From positions 1,302,001 through 1,366,000 of the forward strand of contig NW_027361974.1 of NCBI RefSeq assembly GCF_039654945.1: 64,000 bases of DNA, given 5' to 3'. Below the pieces are notes generated by a model, which worked only from the letters and a program-made list of their open reading frames with translations, did not search any database and had not been told where the DNA came from. How positions within the stretch are numbered: position 1 is the first letter of the stretch; each line of letters opens with the position of its first letter. The position numbers and the translations under genes were made by a program. This DNA is from Dendrobates tinctorius (Eukaryota). Of the stretch, positions 57,866-64,000 are shown one piece after another.

Positions 57866-58896
57866 GCCCAGATGATGTCGCCATGGATTTTTATTGACTT
57901 ATTTATTTTGCATTTAGCCAAAAATGTGATGATTCCCCCTGCCATTGGTCACAGACCCCGGCACCGCGACCAGTCATTGGGTAACATTACTGCATTTCGT
58001 GCTTTGACAGATTCTGGAACCTGCTGCTGATGGAGCCGACCTTTTAATCCAGATTTATCATCCCATCTGCCAACTCCATGGGAGGATCCGAGTTCCTTTT
58101 CCCATTTCTTTTGCTTTCGGCAAATATTAACCCTTTCCTACTTTTTTTATTTATTTTTTTTTACGTTTAGCTTGTGCATGACTTTTTAGGTTTGGAAGAT
58201 TGCTTGATAGGTAGATTTCTTACCAAATGAAATGTCATCTTTCCTTTTGCACTAGCACCACTAAAATCCTTAAAACCGCAGTGTTAACCATTTCATTGCA
58301 AGGCATATACTGACCCCCAACAGGCAACTAAAGGGTCTGAGCCCATCTTCATGCATGCTGTGTTGTTTGTGCATTACCTAGTTCCCAGCCATGCATGGTA
58401 TTTACTGCAGATGACTATATTCTCATGGTTAATGAGTTGGGACCTTACAATAACCTTGGAATAACAGTCTTCCATCTAACACAAGCACGGCACTGATCTA
58501 GGAGAAGCCTGCGGGCCTTGTTATATAAGAATGAGATGGCTTCCCAGAGATATTGTGCAAGTGCTGAATAATTGCAATACTCCACAGTACACGGAGCAAT
58601 GTAAGCGAGATGGAAAATATTCCATTCTTTTCCGCCCTAACGGATAGCAATAGCATTTTCTGCATCCTCACCACTCCTGTGCTTTAATAGTAGATAGAAA
58701 ATACAGTAATATAGCAAACCACTAAAAAGAGGGATTCCTGTTCCCCTTCTAAAATATTTGTTCATTTAACGCTAACGTTATAATATGTCAAAATATATTT
58801 ATATAGAAGTGAGTGGAATACCCTCTTAAATATTGATGTTTCCACCTCCGACTGATGTGACTCCATAGAACACATTTATCGTCTGTTGTGACTGTA

Positions 58897-58902
58897 AATA
58901 AA
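58897..58902 (+). terminator. Putative RGS9BP polyadenylation signal
   Basis: AATAAA ~1 kb after the stop, followed by GT-rich sequence. Confidence 0.5.
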
Positions 58903-59307
58903 TCGAACACGCTGCTGTTTTGTAAATGTAGGAAGTTCTTCCGATTTAGAAACTGGGGGTCATGAACTGGGCACAGTTAGTTTTCTCGCTTTCTAATATA
59001 CAGTTTGTCAAAAATTTGTTCCCCAAGTTCTGATTTTGGAGGGTTGTGTGGGTGGGGGGTATGTTGTTGTTTTAACATGAGGCTCACTTGAGCTGTAGCC
59101 ACCCATATTTCAACATAAATGTTTTAGATATTTAATACGTCACTCACTATGTACCTTATATTTTTTAAAAGAGTCCTTTTTTTTTTTACAACTGTTTTCA
59201 ATTGCTTACATAGACATTCCCCTCCTGGGTTTCGGCACCAATTTTGTGAGGCCGTGCACAGGGGGTATCTAAATTAGTAATCCTTTGTTAACTCCCAAAT
59301 GCATTAA

Positions 59308-61828
59308 CCCTCCGTCAGGCGCAATAGATCTGACAGGCACACAGTAATTAGTTTCACTTCTCTCTCCTTGCCCACTTATCAGAAAACCCCACCCCTCCTA
59401 GTTATCTCCTGACTCTACAGGCTCTGTGAAACCTGATATCACAGTGACTCAGCAGACCTTCTAGTGAGCAGATATCAACACTTTGGCTTCTCAGGCACAT
59501 TGCGCCTGATTTCAACACAAATTGAAAGGTTAGTATTTTCTTTTTTTATTCATCACGATTGTGTATTTAGCTTGTTTTATGAAGGATTAATGCTAAGTTA
59601 GTGTACATAAGTACTGTTTTCTTAGACAAAAGGAGGGTGGCTTCTAAGGCACATTGCGCCCTAACACATACTCTTTCTCTCTTGCTTCAGATTTTCTGCT
59701 GCAATGGCCAGAAAACAGTATGATTCATCTAAACCCCTTCATTTAGAAGAAATGAAGATTTTTTTGTTAGAAGATGATGAGGAAGAACCAGCAGTAACTG
59801 AGGATTTAGAGGAATCTAGTGACATTTCATCTGAAGATGAGGTAGCAGAATGTAACACTGATTCTGGAACAGAGCAGGATGGTGATGACACTGATACAGA
59901 GGAAACAGACACAGATCTAGCTTATTATTTGGGCAAAGATAAAAATACAAAGTGGAACAAAAAGGCACCCAAGAACAAACAGCGCAGAGAATCCCACAAT
60001 ATTATTACACACCTTCCTGGAGTTATTGGAAGTGCTAGAAAAGCTAAAACTGCAGTAGAATGTTGGAGTAATCTAATTACAGATAGCATGTTGGAAACTA
60101 TTGTTCGGTTCACTAACCAGTATATTGACACAATCAAAGAGCAATTCTCCAGAGAGAGGGACATCAAAAACACTGATGTGATTGAACTCAAGGCATTTAT
60201 TGGCTTGTTATACCTAGCTGGTGCTTTCAGAGCAAATAGGCAAAGTTTGGAGGAGCTGTGGGGGACAGACGGTGATGGCATCGAAAAATTCAGCCTTGTG
60301 ATGAATCTGAAACGATTCAAAGTCCTGATCCGTTGCCTCCGTTTCGATGATCGAAGTACCCGGACAGAACGAAAAGGTTATGACCGGCTTGCACCAATTC
60401 AGGACATATTTCAACAATTTATTATGAATTGTCAAAAAAGCTATTGCCCGGGGCAAAACCTCACTATTGATGAGATGCTTCCAGGTTTCCGTGGAAGATG
60501 TGGTTTTCGGCAATATATACCATCAAAGCCAAACAAATATGGAATTAAAATTTTTGCCATGGTTGATGCAAGGATGATGTACACTATGAACATGGAAGTT
60601 TATTGTGGAAGACAGCCACCAGGTCCTTTCAATGTGAGCAACAAGCCTAGTGATGTGGTAAAGAGAATTGCTGAGCCAATGTTTGGATCTGGTCGAAATA
60701 TCACTGCTGACAACTGGTTTACTGACTTTGATCTGATTGATTTTTTAAAAACGAAAAAGCTGTCATATGTGGGAACTGTTAGAAAAAACAAAAGGCAGTT
60801 GCCGCCAGATTTTCTATATACAAAAGGCAAACAACAGTATAGCACTATGTTTGGGTTCAGTAATGGAAAGATTTTAGTTTCTTACATCCCACGCGAGAGG
60901 AAAAATGTGATTTTGGTCTCTTCATTACATAATGATTACACCATTGATCCAGAGTCTGGGGAGCTAAGGAAACCAGAAATCATAACTTTTTATAATTTGA
61001 CCAAAAGCGGCGTTGACACTGCTGACCAAATGTGTGGCAATTTCAATGTAAGTCGAAATACCAAACGCTGGCCGATGGTAATCTTCTTTACAATGCTGAA
61101 TGTGGGTGGCATCAACTCACAAGTAATTTACCTTGGTAATGAACTTAAACAAATGCGCAGAAGAATGTACCTAAAACAATTGGCTAATGAACTGGTGAGT
61201 GGAGAGCTAAGCCTAAGAAGTACAAAGACGGTTGGAATGCCCCTTGCCCTGCAACACCGGTTGAAGAGATATCGTCCCAAGGACGTTCCAGAACAAACAC
61301 CGACTCTACCACCTTCTAAAAGACGCAGTTGTACTACCTGCTCATTTGTATCTGGTTTTAGAAGGCTTTCTAAATATGACTGCAAAATATGTAAAGAATC
61401 AATCTGCCTTTCCCATGCAACTTTCGTCTGCCAGCCTTGCTTTTCTAAGTGTACCTGTGCTGCTTCTGCTGCAATTGAAACCACTGAAGATGAGTAGAAA
61501 ATAATTAAGTAACATCTAAGTGCAATATCCTTTAAGTTTTTTCCATAATTTTATATTTAAGCAATAGTTAAGTAAAGATAACTGGAGCCTATTTGGCGGT
61601 ACTACCGAAAAGTGGTACTTTTAGTTTTAATAAGTTTATGGTTAATAAATTTTTTTTTTTGCATCTGATTTGGTGTAATCTCTTTTAATACATTCCTATG
61701 AAGGTCACTGACTACTTCTATAGTCCTGAAATTGAAATATGTAGCTACTATAGGTGGTTTTCTGACCTGTGCTTGTCAGGCACATTGCGCATGAACTGAG
61801 GAGAATCTATATTGCGCCTGACGGAGGG
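59308..61828 (+). mobile_element. Full-length autonomous-type piggyBac transposon (2,521 bp)
   Basis: TTAA TSDs 59304-59307 and 61829-61832; perfect 19-bp TIR CCCTCCGTCAGGCGCAATA; subterminal inverted repeat CTGACARGCACA; single intact ORF. Confidence 0.95.
59704..61497 (+). CDS. piggyBac transposase (DDD), 597 aa, intact
   Basis: Acidic N-terminus; TIDEM..FRGRC.FRQYIPSKPNKYGIK, TADNWFT and YN.TK.GVDTADQ catalytic motifs; C-terminal CxxC...CxxC-x4-CxxH-x4-CxxC domain. Confidence 0.95.
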   Translation: MARKQYDSSKPLHLEEMKIFLLEDDEEEPAVTEDLEESSDISSEDEVAECNTDSGTEQDGDDTDTEETDTDLAYYLGKDKNTKWNKKAPKNKQRRESHNIITHLPGVIGSARKAKTAVECWSNLITDSMLETIVRFTNQYIDTIKEQFSRERDIKNTDVIELKAFIGLLYLAGAFRANRQSLEELWGTDGDGIEKFSLVMNLKRFKVLIRCLRFDDRSTRTERKGYDRLAPIQDIFQQFIMNCQKSYCPGQNLTIDEMLPGFRGRCGFRQYIPSKPNKYGIKIFAMVDARMMYTMNMEVYCGRQPPGPFNVSNKPSDVVKRIAEPMFGSGRNITADNWFTDFDLIDFLKTKKLSYVGTVRKNKRQLPPDFLYTKGKQQYSTMFGFSNGKILVSYIPRERKNVILVSSLHNDYTIDPESGELRKPEIITFYNLTKSGVDTADQMCGNFNVSRNTKRWPMVIFFTMLNVGGINSQVIYLGNELKQMRRRMYLKQLANELVSGELSLRSTKTVGMPLALQHRLKRYRPKDVPEQTPTLPPSKRRSCTTCSFVSGFRRLSKYDCKICKESICLSHATFVCQPCFSKCTCAASAAIETTEDE

Positions 61829-61873
61829 TTAAAAACGTATACGTTATAGAGAAATTGAAACCTACTTTTTTTA

Positions 61874-62041
61874 GAGTTCTTACAGACAGTCGTGAAACTT
61901 GGTCACAGACTGTCTGCGGGTTTCTTGATCTCTGCAGCTTCATAGATGCCAATTTGCTGTGAAGTTTGGGTTGGGAGATCGGACAGTCCGTGCATTGCGA
62001 TCAAGGTTTAGATCAAGTTTCACGGGCATCTGTAGAAGCCC
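61874..62041. mobile_element. Short hairpin MITE-like element
   Basis: Imperfect inverted arms TACAGA..CGTGAAACTTG / CAAGTTTCACG..TCTGTA; TTA flanks. Confidence 0.45.
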
Positions 62042-62839
62042 TTACTTTTAAATATGTCTCCAATTGAGAATAATGGAGATGGGGAAAAAAAAAGTATACA
62101 GCTGCTATATGTTAATTTTTCCAGGGGCGTAGAGTGTGTTCAGCGTCGCTTTTTTATATGTTCCAAAAGAAGCCAATATGATGTAAACCTCATAAAACCT
62201 TGTCAGAAGAACTTTTTTTTAAAAATTTCTTATGTCTTGCCTATCTTAGTTAATGAATACACTGCAATGTCTGCATAAACTTTTTGCAGTTCAGGTGTAA
62301 ACTTTCAGCGGAATGCACCGTATAAATGTGAACCCAGCCTTCGTTTGCCATGTCAAATCGGTTTCCGTGGCGCCCAGCGGACCCCGATGGGGTCTATTGG
62401 GTTATATTGAGATGCAGCATTTTGCCATTAAAAATAGTACTGCACGCTGCGGTATATTTCCCCTAAAATATGGCATATTCCCCCCACACCCAGGTATGTC
62501 TCTCTCTAACTATCTATCTATATACAGTAAGAGGCAAAGCTAAAAGGAGTCACAAAAAGCGCCAAAAATACTATCGCTGTGCATCATTCTTTGCTGCAGA
62601 ATATTGATGTGAATGACACCGGCGGTGAGGTGATGTAGGGAAATTTACCATTCTTCGGGCACCATTTTGATAATTTTAGATCTGCTCAGTTATTTGAACA
62701 ACATTTACTAAATCCTGGAGAAGCCCTTATAATCTTATCCTAGTGGTTGTAGCCATTTGTTTTGGGACTGATCTCCGAGAATACGGCCTTGTCGAAAATA
62801 GCAAACCGTTTTATTTTAGGAAAAAAAATATGGAGGATC

Positions 62840-64000
62840 ATCACTGGTTGCTATGGCAACAAGACCTCATCTTTGATTGCTGCAGAAGTAAGGCCTCATC
62901 TTGTTTGCTATGAGAGCAAGGCCCCATCTCTTGTTGCTATGGGAGCAAAGACTTATTTTTGGTTGCTTTGAGAGCAAGGCATCCTCTCTGGTTGTACTGG
63001 AGCAAGGCGTAATCTCTGGTTGCTATGGATGCAAAGCCTCATCTCTGGCTGCTATGAAAACAGGGTCTCGTCTGGTTGCTATGTGATCAGGGCCACGTGT
63101 CTGGTTGCTATGTGAGCAAGGCCTCGTGTCTGGTTGCTATGTGAGCAAGGCCTAGAGTCTAGTTGCTATGTGAGCAAGGCCTCGTGTCTGGTTGCTATGT
63201 GAGCAGGACCTCGTGTCTGGTTGCTATGTGAGCAGGGCCTCCTGTCTGGTTGCTAGGTGAGCAAGGCCTCGTGTCTGGTTGCTATGTGAGCAGGATCTCG
63301 TGTCTGGTTGCTATGTGAGTAGGACCTCGTGTCTGGTTGCTATGTGAGGAAGGCCTCGTGTCTGGTTGCTATGTGAGCAGGGCCTCGTGTCTGGTTGCTA
63401 TGTGAGCAGGACCTCGTGTCTGGTTGCTATGTGAGTAGGACCTCGTGTCTGGTTGCTATGTGAGCAGGGCCTCCTGTCTGGTTGCTAGGTGAGCAAGGCC
63501 TCGTGTCTGGTTGCTATGTGAGCAGGATCTCGTGTCTGGTTGCTATGTGAGTAGGACCTCGTGTCTGGTTGCTATGTGAGGAAGGCCTCGTGTCTGGTTG
63601 CTATGTGAGCAGGGCCTCGTGTCTGGTTGCTATGTGAGCAGGACCTCGTGTCTGGTTGCTATGTGAGCAGGACCTCGTGTCTGGTTGCTATGTGAGCAGG
63701 GCCTCGTGTCTGGTTGCTATGTGAGCAGGACCTCGTGTCTGGTTGCTATGTGAGCAGGACCTCGTGTCTGGTTGCTATGTGAGCAAGGCCTCGTGTCTGG
63801 TTGCTATGTGAGCAAGACCTCGTGTCTGGTTGATATGTGAGCAGGACCTCGTGTCTGATTGATATGTGAGCAGGACCTCGTGTCTGGTTGCTATGTGAGC
63901 AGGACCTCGTGTCTGGTTGCTATGTGAGGAAGGCCTTGTGTCTGGTTGCTATGTGAGCAGGATCTCGTGTCTGGTTGCTATGTGAGTAGGACCTCGTGTC
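62840..64000. repeat. 29-bp minisatellite (CTCGTGTCTGGTTGCTATGTGAGCAGGAC), runs off the window end
   Basis: Tandem units, degenerate at the left and homogeneous at the right. Confidence 0.93.

Noticed and set aside
59704-61497. Calling the ORF a domesticated PGBD host gene
   Set aside because: Intact TIRs and TTAA TSDs indicate a transposon copy; no symbol assigned

Overview
Vertebrate genomic DNA, most likely a frog (inferred from the repeat families). It carries the conserved PDCD5(+) / ANKRD27(-) / RGS9BP(+) block. PDCD5 has 6 exons, encodes 125 aa and uses one GC-AG intron. ANKRD27/VARP has 28 coding exons, which I traced with canonical splice sites (1116 aa), plus a putative non-coding exon 1 near 56.2 kb, head-to-head with the single-coding-exon RGS9BP (238 aa). 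Most of the rest is repetitive: about 14 unrelated minisatellite arrays (the source of nearly all long ORFs in the track), two full-length but disrupted DIRS tyrosine-recombinase retrotransposons, nested TTAA- and TAA-flanked non-autonomous DNA elements, a fold-back Tc1, and a short N gap. The most notable element is an apparently intact 2,521-bp piggyBac (59308-61828). It has TTAA TSDs, perfect 19-bp TIRs, 3/30-bp-spaced subterminal repeats, an uninterrupted 597-aa DDD transposase with its Cys-rich domain, and a built-in splice acceptor and polyA signal. All coordinates were read by eye; comparisons with human or insect proteins are from memory, not from searches.
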